Shown here: one piece after another, positions 1 to 14,000 of the stretch
How the letters are laid out: every line of letters starts with the position of its first letter
Position numbering within the stretch: position 1 is the first letter of the stretch
NCBI RefSeq assembly: GCF_009914755.1
Contig: NC_060926.1
Reading direction: 5' to 3' (one strand)
Source: the human T2T-CHM13v2.0 reference genome, Homo sapiens
Length of the DNA: 64,000 nt
Made by a program: the position numbers and the translations under genes
The notes under the pieces: generated by a model
Told to the model about the DNA's origin: nothing
What the model saw: only the letters and a program-made list of their open reading frames with translations
Databases searched by the model: none

Positions 1-2573
1 TTCTATATGAGTTAAGATGCAGTAGAATATACCCTCTTGAGATTACTAGACTGGGTTTTAGTATAAAACATGAGTGCAATTTGCCCACATAGATAGGTTA
101 TGGGAAGATAGTTTTGAAACTCAGGAAGAGTCACTCTGAAGAATTGAGACTGGAGTTCTGCCAAGAGATGTGCAAGTCAAATGGAATTCTGCAACTCCAG
201 AGAGGGAGAGAGAGAGTAGAGGCTTGGAAGGAGGAAGAGACAAAGTTTTCAGTTCTCACTAGGCACAGTTGAAATTTCTACTCTGTGTTTTCTTGAAATT
301 TAAGTGACTCTTTCCAATCGACTCTTATGTAAGTCAGTCTGAATCACTTTTGGTCTTTGCAACCAAAGGATGTATTAAAACCATCTTTTGCTTGTCAGTT
401 AAACATATGGCTGTTGTTTAAATGTAAGAATGGAGAGAAAAGGTGCCATGTAATTCAGGAGTCTCTTCATCTTTGTCACAGAGCCTTGAACTATCTTCCC
501 AATAAATATTTGATTTGAATCTTCAGCACTGAGGGGAAGTGTCTTCTGAAATAATACAGGCTAAATTGTTATGTAGCAGCCATCTATACAAAGCAAATTT
601 TTGTAATATACAAAAGAGGGGATTTTGCTATTATATCAGTTGGCAAGAATCATTATCGTGATTGGAAATAAATAGATACAGAGAGAAAAGAATGAGATTT
701 AAAAAAAAAATTCAGCTTCAAGGAAATTGGATTTTCTGTTGAGTATGGAATCGAGACTTTGGAAACTAAAAGGCTAGAAAAAGATTGCTTTATTAAGAAA
801 AGTAAAAATACATTTTTTTCATTTGAAAAATGCCTACTAGACAATAAAACATCTGGCTAAAAAATGAAATCTTCAGTGACACATCTGGATATTTGCTCCA
901 TAAGATATCAAACATGAGGATAATTGAAAATATAGAGCTAAATTACTTAAATGTTAAGCTCCCATCCAGATGTTTGATGCTATGTTAGATGAAAAAACTC
1001 TTTACATGCCAGACATTAAAGCAATCAGGGATATCTAAATGCCACCATAAATAAAATAGCATTGCAAATATGGTTCACTGGAAAGAATGTATTAACTGAT
1101 AATTACAGACTACACAAGAAATTTGCTTCTTAGTTAAAAGTTTTTTTAATTTTTTTATTTTATTTTATTTTTTTCCTTCTGATCAGTAGTAACTAATAAA
1201 ACATGGAAACACGAAATAGACATCCGTAGACGACAACTGGTCAGGCTTATTGACAAACAAGTGGATTTCATTTCCAAACTATTTTTTTACTATATATAGA
1301 AATATCAATGAGTTAGAGGTTTTGGCTCCTAATTAGAGAATATAAAACTTGATTTTTGGAAATGCATTGGAGAAATAGGACAAAATTTTGAATTTCAATT
1401 CTTTGGCAATATTTATAAGGAATAAAATCCAAAATAGATGAAACTGATATAATTTAGCTTCAAGAAGTACCAGATGACAACTGAAGTTGGCTCACAAATT
1501 ATAATCTATGGGAGAATGGGAAGCAGTGAGAGTTAAACAGTCAAGGACAGCATCAGTCGTTTGGCTGACACTGCAGATTTATACAGACACAGTTTTAAAT
1601 CCAGGCAGATCTGTTAGTGCAGAGAAGAAAGCACTGTATCTCTTATGTGGTTCAGGCAGGAAGCAAGGGTTATAATCTAGGGAGTCAGAAAAGTTAAAGA
1701 GTGCCACCAAGTTATGCGAGTGGACAGAGTTGAATGTTGCCTCAAGGACAAAAAAACAATATCTTCTCTGTTCTACTTTTTAAAATGGACTTTTAACATT
1801 TAGGCCACATTAAAATTTTTGCAATCAAGACAGATTCATCAGGATGTTGGTAACAAATTCTAATACATCTATTATAAGTGTCTACTCAAAATGAAGATAA
1901 ATATTTTAAATTCCATTTATGTAAGAGGAAAACAGGGGCTCAGAGAATTACCATGACACATCCAAGAGTAACACTCTGTCATGAGGAAGCAGAGTATGAC
2001 TACAAATCCAGGCCTGGCTAATTCAAAAGACCACACTTTTTCACTTGTCATGCTGACTCTTAAAACATCAAAACCTGATCAGTTGCTTTGGTCTGAACTA
2101 AGGTAAAAATTGCTACAGATGAACTGTTTCCTAGATTATTGCTACACATAACTCTTTCCTAGATTAATGCAGATGTGTAGATGACACAAAGTGACTTGAG
2201 CAACAAATCTGATTACTGAAAAGATTTAACATATTGTACAGACTACTGTGTGCCTGAACAACAGAAAGTGCTGAATAACAAAAAAAAATTGTAGGTTTAA
2301 AACATTTAAAACAATCAAATTCTTTAAAACATGCATGTAACTCCGTGATACTGACTCAGTGTTTGGCACACAGAACCCTGTGAATATAAAATGAATGCCC
2401 GCCTGAGGAAACTAATTTTATATCTATATCTACATCTTTATCTATAGATACATGTATATATATTTTTATCAATATCAATATTTTTCTTGATGTCAAGGTC
2501 AGGATCGTGGCTGGTGTGTCAGGGTCCACAAATGTCATCTCATTCAGGAAGGTATTTCAGGCTTAGGTCAAAT

Positions 2574-3127
2574 TGTCAGAAGCATTTGAACCAAAGCAAC
2601 TCCATCTTAAAGAGGAGCTTGGTAAAATGAGACTGAAACCTACCGGGCTGCATACCCAGATGTTTAAGGCATTCTAAGTCACAGGATGAGACAGGAGGTC
2701 AGCACAAAATACAGGTCATAAATACCTGGCTGATAAAACAGGCTGCAGTAAAGGAACCAGCCAAAACCCACCAAAACTGAAATGGGGATGAGACTCTTCT
2801 CCGATCGTCCTCACTGCTACACTTTCACCAGCGCCATGACAGTTTACAAATGCAATGGCAGTGTCAGGAAGTTACCCTATATGGTCTAAAATGGGGAAGC
2901 ATGAATAATCCACCCCTTGTTTAGCATATCATCAAGAAATAGCCATAAAAATGGGCAATCAGCAGCCCCCAGGGCTGCTCTGTCTATGGAGTAGCCATTC
3001 TTTTATTCCTTTACTTCCTTAATAAACTTGCTTTCACGTTGCACCGCAGGCTCGCCCTGAATTCTTTCCTGCCTGAGATCCAAGAACCCTCTCTGGGGGT
3101 CTGGATCAGGACCACTTTCCTGTAACA
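2574..3127 (+). mobile_element. Solo ERV1 LTR, MER41 family (MER41A-like)
   Basis: TG...CA termini (tgtcaga...tgtaaca), 554 bp, 4-bp TSD aaat on both sides, internal aataaa; resembles remembered MER41 consensus. Confidence 0.85.
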
Positions 3128-3360
3128 AAATCAAGCATCTTTCCAGACAAAGCGTGGTTTTACCCATTCTAGAATCCCCTTCTTAATTTATAAGGCCGAG
3201 ACAAGTGTCCAGGTAGGCCTTAGCTGCCTGGTGAATAGTAGAGAAACAGTTGGAATTATATCTGCTTGGTTAAAATCCAAGAAAGCATAAGCCAGGAGTC
3301 AATTGGAACCTCTCAGCTCTTAAAAGTAATATTGGAATATTTTGTTCCAGTATTTATCTA

Positions 3361-3541
3361 TTTCACTTTGCACTGCAGGCTCTCCCTGAAGTCTTTCTTG
3401 CCTGAGATCTAAGACCCCTCTCTGGGGGTCTGGATCAGGACCCCTTTCCTGTAACAAAATCAAGCATCTTTCCAGACAAAGCATGGTTTTACCCATTCTA
3501 GAATCTCCTTCTTAATTTATAAGGCTAAGAGAAGTGTACAG
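3361..3541 (+). repeat. Second copy of 3032-3212 (LTR 3' end plus unique flank)
   Basis: Manual ungapped alignment, about 14 mismatches in 181 bp. Confidence 0.9.
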
Positions 3542-3627
3542 AAATAAACTTCTTTGATAGTTTTTAGCTGCAACAGAAGTGTGGGATGGGGCAGTGGAGT
3601 GAAGAGGGAATTGTGTTTTAGTGGTGA

Positions 3628-3994
<367 letters not shown>

Positions 3995-4483
3995 TTATCC
4001 TTTTGTGATGCCTGAATTTTGGGTTTGAAAACCCAGATGTCAAATACACCCTTTTCTTTAATATTTGTAGAAAGTCCTCATTCATAGACATTTGTAGTTT
4101 GCCGCTTTTATGAGAGATACAGTAAGAGGAGGGGGTGGAAGAGGGGGTACTTACATCTAAGGTAACCATCCCACTGGCCCACTTTTGGCCACCCATTGTG
4201 AGAACTTTTCCCATGCCATCTCATCCCTAGCCTTGAACCTGCTCCCGCTCCACTTTCTCCCTTTTCCCTTCACCAGTCCTCCTCTTTTTTCTATATCTTC
4301 CTCTCATTTTCATATGCAGTACCACTTATTCATCTTTTGTTTGCTGCTGGCTGTTGTTTTGAAGGTTTTAAGTTCTATTGCAAGGTGCTTATGAAATAGT
4401 TTCTTAAATTAAAAAAAAACTTCTAAAGTAACTTTATGGTGCAACTATTATTTTATCTTATTTTATAAAAATGATATTTTTGG

Positions 4484-4810
<327 letters not shown>

Positions 4811-7800
4811 TCAGGTATTTTTAAACCATATTTAATACATCTAACTAGTAACTTTTAGATTTTATCTCATTAATTTAAGTGTTTTGATGTCTGAATATTT
4901 AACATCTGGACAAAATGGCTTCAGTAAAGGCAGGTGTATACAGTATTTTGTGTAATTCCATTATAATTCTATTTTTTCCAGTGCAAATTCTTCAATGTTC
5001 TCATCAAAAAAGTTATCTATGGAAAGGAACACGGCTTCCTTTGCATTCTCATTTGAAGCAGGAAGTGTGAAAGACCGCGCTAGACTCAGTAATTGGCTGT
5101 CATACACTATTTAGAACGCTGCTTTGAAGAAGACCTGCTTCCTCCTTTACTCTTCTCTGTTTGCACCACAAAATATTCAAATGGAAAGATCAAAGTGGAA
5201 TGTTCATTTTTATTGCCTCTATTTCATGTGTGATACTTATTCTAATCCTTCTTGGAGTAAGGGTCAAAGATTGGGGGATTTGAAACATAAAACAGAATTT
5301 GAAGGGGGATGGATTGAGTCTGGTAGCTGACCAGGAGACTGACTTAAATTAGAAGAAGCTGAACTGTAGTATTCAAAATACAGGTAAAACTTGTAATGTT
5401 GTCTTTATATACATGAAAGCAGGAATTCATCATGTGAGATAATAAAATGCAAGGTCTGGAAGGAAAAAAAAAACATGAGAGAAAGATATCCTCATGAATT
5501 TGTTTACTGACTGCTTGGTGAAGTTATGGATTACATGCCTGCAGTCCAAAATGGAATTCTGCCTCTGAGAGCTTGCCTTTGCCTGACTTCTAAACACAAT
5601 TGCCTGGAAGAAGATGGTGATGCGTCTGTAAGGAGACTGGTTTTACAGGAAGTGTTACTTCCCGTCACACTAATTCTCCTGGAGCTAACATTTCAAACAC
5701 TTGCACTTATAGGTTATTTCTCTTTGTAGAACAGAAATGAGCCTTCATTTTGGCTACCAGTACTTTAGAATACTTGGTGAAAAGTTTCTTTCTCTCCCTC
5801 TCTCTCTGTCTCTCTTTCTCTTCTCCACCCTTGCCCATCTTCTCTCTTAATACATTTTATTTTATTTTATTTTATTTTAGAATCTTACCTGGATTCTCCT
5901 TAAAAATGGTGCAACATAAATATATACTCAATTTTGTTTTTCTTTGCTGCATAAAACAGTTTTTTTTAATTAAAGAGAAATAGCTATAAGTGGTCTACCA
6001 TCAACAAAAACACAACAAACAGCTCCTTTGTACCACTGTCATGTTGCCTTCCATCTTACAGTCCTCAGTTTCTTACTGCTCACCCCCAGTGGCCATAGAT
6101 GAAACTAAAATCTCTGGATTTCCCTGGTTTGTGACTCTCAACTGGCTCAGCTAGCAGGGATTGGGCACTGGGATAAAGCCTCCCATTTTCTGCTTTCTTT
6201 GCTATTCTTCTCTGAGTTGGTCTCTCAGCTGTCTGGTAGGAGTCAGCATGGGCACATTGGGTAGGTCTCAGGAAGGCATATCTCACAAGAAGTCTCAGGA
6301 CACTTCTCTAATGAGGCATCCGGCAGAGTTATGAATGGAGCCAGAAACGACTGACTGGGCTGGAGAGGGGCACCTGGCGATTGGCAGAGCAGTCAAAGGT
6401 TGTCAAAATGCACAGGCTGGAATCAGATTGCACTTGATATCTTAGGACCGAATGTTTCATGAGTTAAGATACTGTGAAGAAAAATAGGTGGAGAATATTT
6501 CTGAGCAATTGGTTGGTTTACAGGATTATTTCCCACGTCTTTTTTATAACCCCTCTTTCCACCTGAAAAACTCCTAGTTAACCTTCAAGATTCTGCCTTG
6601 CCTGATACAAGAATTAACTTGGTTGCTCCATTCAGGTCCCTTCAAGGAAACGTCATATTGCATAAGTGCCCCAATTGATCCTTTTAATCATGACCTGGTC
6701 ACCTAGGTGTCCACATCTTCCCTTGACCTCAGTCTTTTCCCTGTGTTTCCAGTGCAATCACAGTTCCTGATATGAGGATTCTTAATAAATAGCTGCTGCA
6801 TGAATGAAAAACAAGACATAGAGAGGAAGCACTTATTAGATTCCAGACTCCCTGCTATGCATTGGGGATTCAACAACAAATGTCACAAACTTGTTCCAAA
6901 ATATTATTTGTACAGTGAGGCCTGTTTATTGCCTGGTATGGGTACTGTTGGCAGATACGGGGCTTCTGGGTGTTTAGGAAAGGTCAGGTACCTTCTTCCT
7001 GAGAGTTTTAGAAAGACTGTGTGGTCTATTTTTTAATAGGAAGCCTTAAGAGTGGAGTCCAGCGGCACATGGGAAAATATAACATTGAAACTATTGGAAA
7101 GCATGGCATCAATGTGGAAAAACGGGGTCCTACATTGCAATTTAAGTTGTTGTAGATGAAAACAGTAAACTCTGAAGAGTGGGGCCAACATTAACCTGCT
7201 GGTAGGGGTTCCTCTCAAGGTCAGGTAGCCCTGAGATTTATGCTAAAGGACAAGGCCAGTGCTTACCACATTTAGCAACTTCTCTCTCGGTGAGTCCTAG
7301 TTTAGCACGATATTGCCACACTCAACGACTCGACCCCACGATTTCAAATGGCAACCCCGTTGAAGTGGATATGGAGTTTTGCTTCTGTATGTCCATTGAA
7401 GGTCATGTATGAAGATGTTACCAATGTTAAGCTATTCTGAATATCCCCAGTATCTCTTCAAGTGCAAAACTTACAGCATTATAAAATAAGGGGAAGATAT
7501 ACCTGAAAAAACATGAAGATTTGGTAATTTAAAAAAAAGTTTTAAAAACAAAAATTGCTTAATTAAAGTCCTATATGAATTTAGGCAAAATACACAAACT
7601 AGCTGATCTCCAGATTCCCCATATAGATGACAGGCAAAGAATGTCTACAATTATTGATAAGATTAAATGAGATAATGTGTATATTTCTTGCACATTGCAT
7701 AAAACTTCAATAAACATTTGCCTACCTAAATTTCCATTTTCTTTCATTATATACCTCTGTATAAGGCCCAGTCAGAATGCCTTTCCAGATATAAAGCATG

Positions 7801-7876
7801 GCAATAACTAGGAAATTTGGAATACTGGTAAAAATTTCTTGTATTTTTCTTTCTTTCTCTTTATGGGGTTCCATCA

Positions 7877-8329
<453 letters not shown>

Positions 8330-8377
8330 TTAGAGTGCCTGTGAAGAACTACAAAGCTTGCTATCGTTTTATACATT

Positions 8378-8762
8378 TGTTATGGTCTGAAGAATTGTAT
8401 TTCCTCAAGATTCACATGTTGAAACCTAACCCCCAAGGTCACGGTATTACCAGGCGAGGCTTTTGGCTGATTAGGTCAAGAGGGCTCTGCCCTTAAAAAT
8501 GAAATTAGTGCCCTTGTGAAAAACGCTTGAGGGAGCTTGTTCACCCCTTTTGCCATGTGAAAATGCAGCAAAATGTGTTATCTACAAGGAATGGGCCCTT
8601 GCCGCATGTTGAATCTGTTGGCATCTTGATCTTGGACTTTCCAGCCTTCAGGACTGTGAACAATGAATTCTGTTGCTTATAAATTACTCTGCTTATAAAT
8701 TACTCTGCTTATAAATTCTGTTGCTTATAAATTTGTTACAGCTGCCTGAATAGATGAAGGCA
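8378..8762 (+). mobile_element. MaLR solo LTR (MLT1A-like)
   Basis: tgttatggtctgaa start; catcttgatcttggactttccagccttcaggactgtga motif typical of MLT1/MST 3' ends. Confidence 0.75.
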
Positions 8763-9974
8763 CCATTCGAGTCTCTGGATTTTACTTTCCCAAAATTCAG
8801 TGAGTTCCAGTATCATTCTTTGAGAAATCCAATAATTGTTTTTAACCTTAAGATTAACAGGTAGGAAAGTGACACACACCTGAAACCTGTTACTCTAGTG
8901 GTAGAATCTCATGGTTTGCAAACGTACTGCTGAAAATATTTCCTGCATATGAAAGGTACTCTGAAGCCCCTCAGAAGACACCACACCACCCAGACTGCTA
9001 CTAGATAACATAGACTCCAAGAATGGCATTTGCTAATGTGTGTATAAAATGGCATTTTAGAATTGCCTAAATATCCTTATTAACACTTTCTAAAGAATTG
9101 CTGTTAACTCTTTTAAAATCAATTAGATTGCCGAAGGAAGAGGGAGGGGATAGGTTTAAGTGAGGTACTACATCACATAGTGTTGGATACATTTTCCAAA
9201 AAGATAAATGTAAGTCTTTTTGAACACATAATTTTTGTGGCCATATTGTCTCTGAATAAAAGGACAATTGGGTTGTCTTCAATCTGGAGAGTTCTAGTTG
9301 TTTTCATTTTTTTTGCCTTTATTCTCCCCAGTTTCTTCATGATGATGCATTTGTTTATAGCCTGCACACCACATCTGATACATTTTTAATCTTTAGTGAG
9401 CCATGACAAACTCAGAAATGATTAGAAATTCCAAAAGAACATGTTTTTTAACTTCACTGAGTACTTTTTTTTTTTATTTCACTCTTTGTTTTCTTTGGAA
9501 AACAAATAAAATGTCTGCTTCCTCTTAGCCATATCTCTCTAAAGTGTTCTGTTGTGTGTCATTAGCCAACAGGCAGCTGGGTAAATGCTGGCCCACATCC
9601 AAAATGATGATTGCTTTTCATAAGCACTGTCTTTGCTGTTGGCTTTCTGACTAATGGCTTCTGCTTGTAATGGATACAATGTAGTATGATTAACTCTCAG
9701 GTGATTAATAGATGGTGTTTCTGAGAACTAAATAATGAAGAAGCAATTAAACAAATCTGATATGCTGTCTTTACCACAAATCAAATAACACTTTTTCTTC
9801 CTATTCCTTGGACAGTGGTTTGGAGGTCATAAAGCTGTTCTGACTCACAAATGGGAGACTTTGGCAATTGTTTTAGGATAAATAAAGACAGGAAACATAG
9901 TACACCCTCTTCACCATCATACTCACCTGTGTTTGAGATTTTGTAGTGTGTGATATGAAAAATAGGTGTCATTT

Positions 9975-10130
9975 AATCCGTGAGCCCCAATTTCTTCATC
10001 TCTAAAACAGTGATTATAATAGATAATTTGTACCTTTAAATGAAGATTAATGAAGATTAAACAACACAATGTACACAAAGCATCCCACAAAAATGCCAAA
10101 TACATAGTATTCAGTTAATATATGTTGGTT
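9975..10130. mobile_element. MIR fragment
   Basis: Degenerate MIR core (gagccccaatttcttcatctctaaaa...gaagattaaa). Confidence 0.55.
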
Positions 10131-10498
10131 TCAAATACCTCCCTTTCTTCTAGCCTTAGCACTCATTTTTCTGGAAGCAAAGAATATTAGGAGATAGGAT
10201 GAGGATTGTCAGAAACTTTCTTTTCTTCTCTGACCTTCAGTAATTCAGAAAAGAAAAAGATTCATCCCTCTACTAACATGAAAATAATTGCCATTTGCAG
10301 CCGTGATAATCATTTTAAGTTATTAGTATTAAAAAAGGCATATCATAGATTATCGTATTTCTAGCCTCCAATATCAATTTCTATACTCCCTGTTACTTGG
10401 CCTTGGCTGTGTAGAATTTTACCATCTCACTAGAAATAATAAACAGCAAACATCAAAACAAGCAAAAACAAGTAAGCAAACAAATTATAGGTAATTAA

Positions 10499-10797
<299 letters not shown>

Positions 10798-11059
10798 GAG
10801 ATTTATTTTTAAACGGCAGAAATAGGTGGCTAATTTGTCTTGGAACAAGTAACACCTTTTGCTTGGTTATGTCTCATGAACAAACAATCCCACAATCTCA
10901 GTGGCTTATAGCAACAAGGGCTAACTTCTTGCTCACGTCATACCATAGCTGAAATCATTTCCCAATTTTATCTTTTACCGGTTGGAGATGAGAAATAATT
11001 ACACTTATTGAACTTGCTAATAAATTTGTTAGTCTTTATCTGCAGCTCCCCTTGTTTTC

Positions 11060-14000
11060 TCAACTTTATGTTGAAGTATAATTTACGTATCATAAAATAA
11101 ATAGTTAAGTATTTCTATTAATCAGTTTTTGTAATAGCATGCATTCATGTTACCACCACCTAAACAACAGAGTTTTTTCCATCACCCACAAACATATTCT
11201 TTGCTTCTTTCCATTCAGTCTCTGCTGAGGCAACTTCTACTGTCTGTTAGTTTTACCTACTTCAGAAGTTGATTTAAATAGAATTCTACAATATGTGCTT
11301 GTATATGTCTGACTCTGTCTAGTCAGAATAATCTGTGTTTTTTACATTCATGATTTGTATGTATCAGTAGATGACATCTTCTTTTTGCTAAGTAGTTTTC
11401 CACTAAATGAATATATATAACATCATATTTTATTTTCTTATTCTTTTTTGATGACCATTAGAATTGTTTACAGGTTTGGACTATTATGAATAAGTCTTCT
11501 GTTAATTTTGTAGAAGTCTTTTTTACACGTTTTTATTCCTCTTGAGAAATTACCTAGGAGTAGAAGTGGTGAATGATAGAGTAGGTGTATATTTGACTCT
11601 ATAAACAACTGCCAAACTGTTTTCCAATGTGGTTGTGTCATTTTACATTGTTACCAGCAGTATAATAGAGTTCTGGTTAGTCCACTTTTCATCATCTTTA
11701 AGTTGTCTTTCATTATCTCAACAGTGTCTTTTAAAGTGCATAGGCTTTTAATTTTGACAAATTTAAATTTACCAGTGGTGGTTTTTTTTTTTTTTTTAAT
11801 AAATTGGGCTTTTGGTGTTAGTTCTTAGAAATCTTTTCCTAATTCCTGCTTTCTTCCAGCAGATTTTTAGTTTTTATTATTTCATTTGGACCTACGATAT
11901 AATTTGAGTTAATTTTTGTATGTGGCACAAGAAATGAATCAGGGTTTTACTTGTGTTTTCGTTTTTTGGGTTTTTTTGTTTGTTTTTGCTTTTGCTTTTG
12001 TTTGCTTTTGCAAGTGGATATGCTATTGTTCTAGCACCATTTGTCAAAAGATCATTCTGTCTTCACTGAATAGCCTTTACATCTTTGCTGAAAATCAGTT
12101 AACCTATATGTGTGAGTTTCTTTCTGCAATCTGTATTCTGTTTCATTAATCTGTCTATATATATAACAAAACACGCTGTCTTTCTTACTATAAGGCTTGA
12201 AATCAGATAGTTTTCAAACTTGGTTCTTTTTTCTTTTTTTAAAGTTGTTTTGGCTAGTCTAGTTTCTTTGCCTGTCCAAATAAATGTTATAATTAACTTG
12301 TCAATATCAACAATACAATCTTATGTGGTTTTTATTAAGATAGTATTGAATTGGGATTGTATAAAGATGAATTTGAAAAGAATTAACATCTTAACAATAT
12401 TGCATCTTCCAATCCATAAAAATGGCATAGCTCTTCACTTACTTTACTCTCTTTACTTTTCTTCCAGCAATGTTTTGCACAGTTCTTTCAAATTTTTAAA
12501 TCACATCTATCCCTAAATATGTCATGTGTTTTAAATGGTACATATAATTTTCGGAAAAAAACCATTTTTTTAAAGTCATTTAATGAAAGTATATATAAGT
12601 AAAATTTATTTTTATAACTTTTTAATTTGTTCTGTATGTCTTGAAACTTTGATGAACATATTTATTAATTCCAGTGCCTTTGTTTGTAGATTTCACTCCA
12701 TGTTCTACAAAGATGATTAATGCCATTAGTGATTAAAGAAAATTTTAGTTCTTCCTTTCTGATTGTGGTATCTTTTTCTCGTGCCTTAATGTACTGATAG
12801 GGACCTTCAGTAAAGTGTTGAGTAGAAATAGTGAGAGCAGAAATCTGTGATCTGTTCTTGATCTTATTAAAAAATTCAATCTTTTACCATAAAGCTTGAT
12901 ATTAACTGTGGAGTTTTCCCTAGATGTCTTTTTTCAGGTTGAAAATGCTCCCTTCTATTTCGCATTTGTTAAAAGTTTATATCAGGAATGAATACTAGAA
13001 TTGTCAAATGCTTTCTCTCTGTTAAGCGGCTTTTTTCTTTGGTGGTTTAGTAAGATGGTGAATTTTCTTTCTTGGCTGTCAAGTGTTAAAGAATTAATGT
13101 TTGCAGTCCCAAGAAAAATCCATTTGGTTATCATGTACTATTATTTTTATATATTGTTGAATAAATAGCACTTTCTAAAATTTTTTTCAGAACGCTGACA
13201 TTTTATTCATAAGGTATGTTAGTCTATAGTTCTCTTTTCTTGAAATATCTATTTCTGGTTTTGGTTTCTGGATGATGCTGGCTCATAGAATGATTTGGCA
13301 GATAATACCCACTTTTCAGTTTTCTGAAGGTTTTTTGTAGATTTGATTTTATTTCTTCCTTGAATGCTGGTGGTGGCACTTATTAGTGGTCATCTGGGCC
13401 TGGAATGTTCTTTGTATGAGTACAATTTCTTTAGTAAATATAAGACTATACTAATTATTTGTTTCTTTTTGAGTGTACTTTGGTGGTTTTTGTCTTTCAG
13501 GAAATTTGTTCATTTCATCTAAGTTGTCAAAGATATTGGCAAAAGGTGTTCATTCTACTTTCTGATTATTCTTTTAGTGTTTTTAAAATCTGTGGTAATG
13601 TCACTACACCATTCTCTTCCTTCTGATTTTGATAAGTTCTGTCTTCTCTCTTCCTTTCCTAATCAATCTGACCAAAACTTTAACAGTTTTAAAATAAGCT
13701 TAATGATATTCTTAAATAACTAACCATCATTTGGTTTCCTTTCAACAATTTGTATAAATTTAAGGGGTACAAGCGCAATTTTGTTATATGCGCACATTAC
13801 CTCCTAATGAAGTATTGACTTTCAGTGTATCCATCACCTGAATAATGTACATCGTACTCATTAAGAAGTTTCTCAACGCCTTCCCCACTTTCACCTCACC
13901 CCTACTTCCAAATCTCCAGTGTCTATCATTCACACTCTGTTGTTTTTCTGTTTTGTATTTCATTGCTTTTTGTTTTGATATTTACTATTTTTAAAACTTA

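Noticed and set aside
2574-3127. MER41 as an interferon-inducible STAT1 enhancer
   Set aside because: Length and sequence fit MER41A; I did not see the tandem GAS motifs described for MER41B
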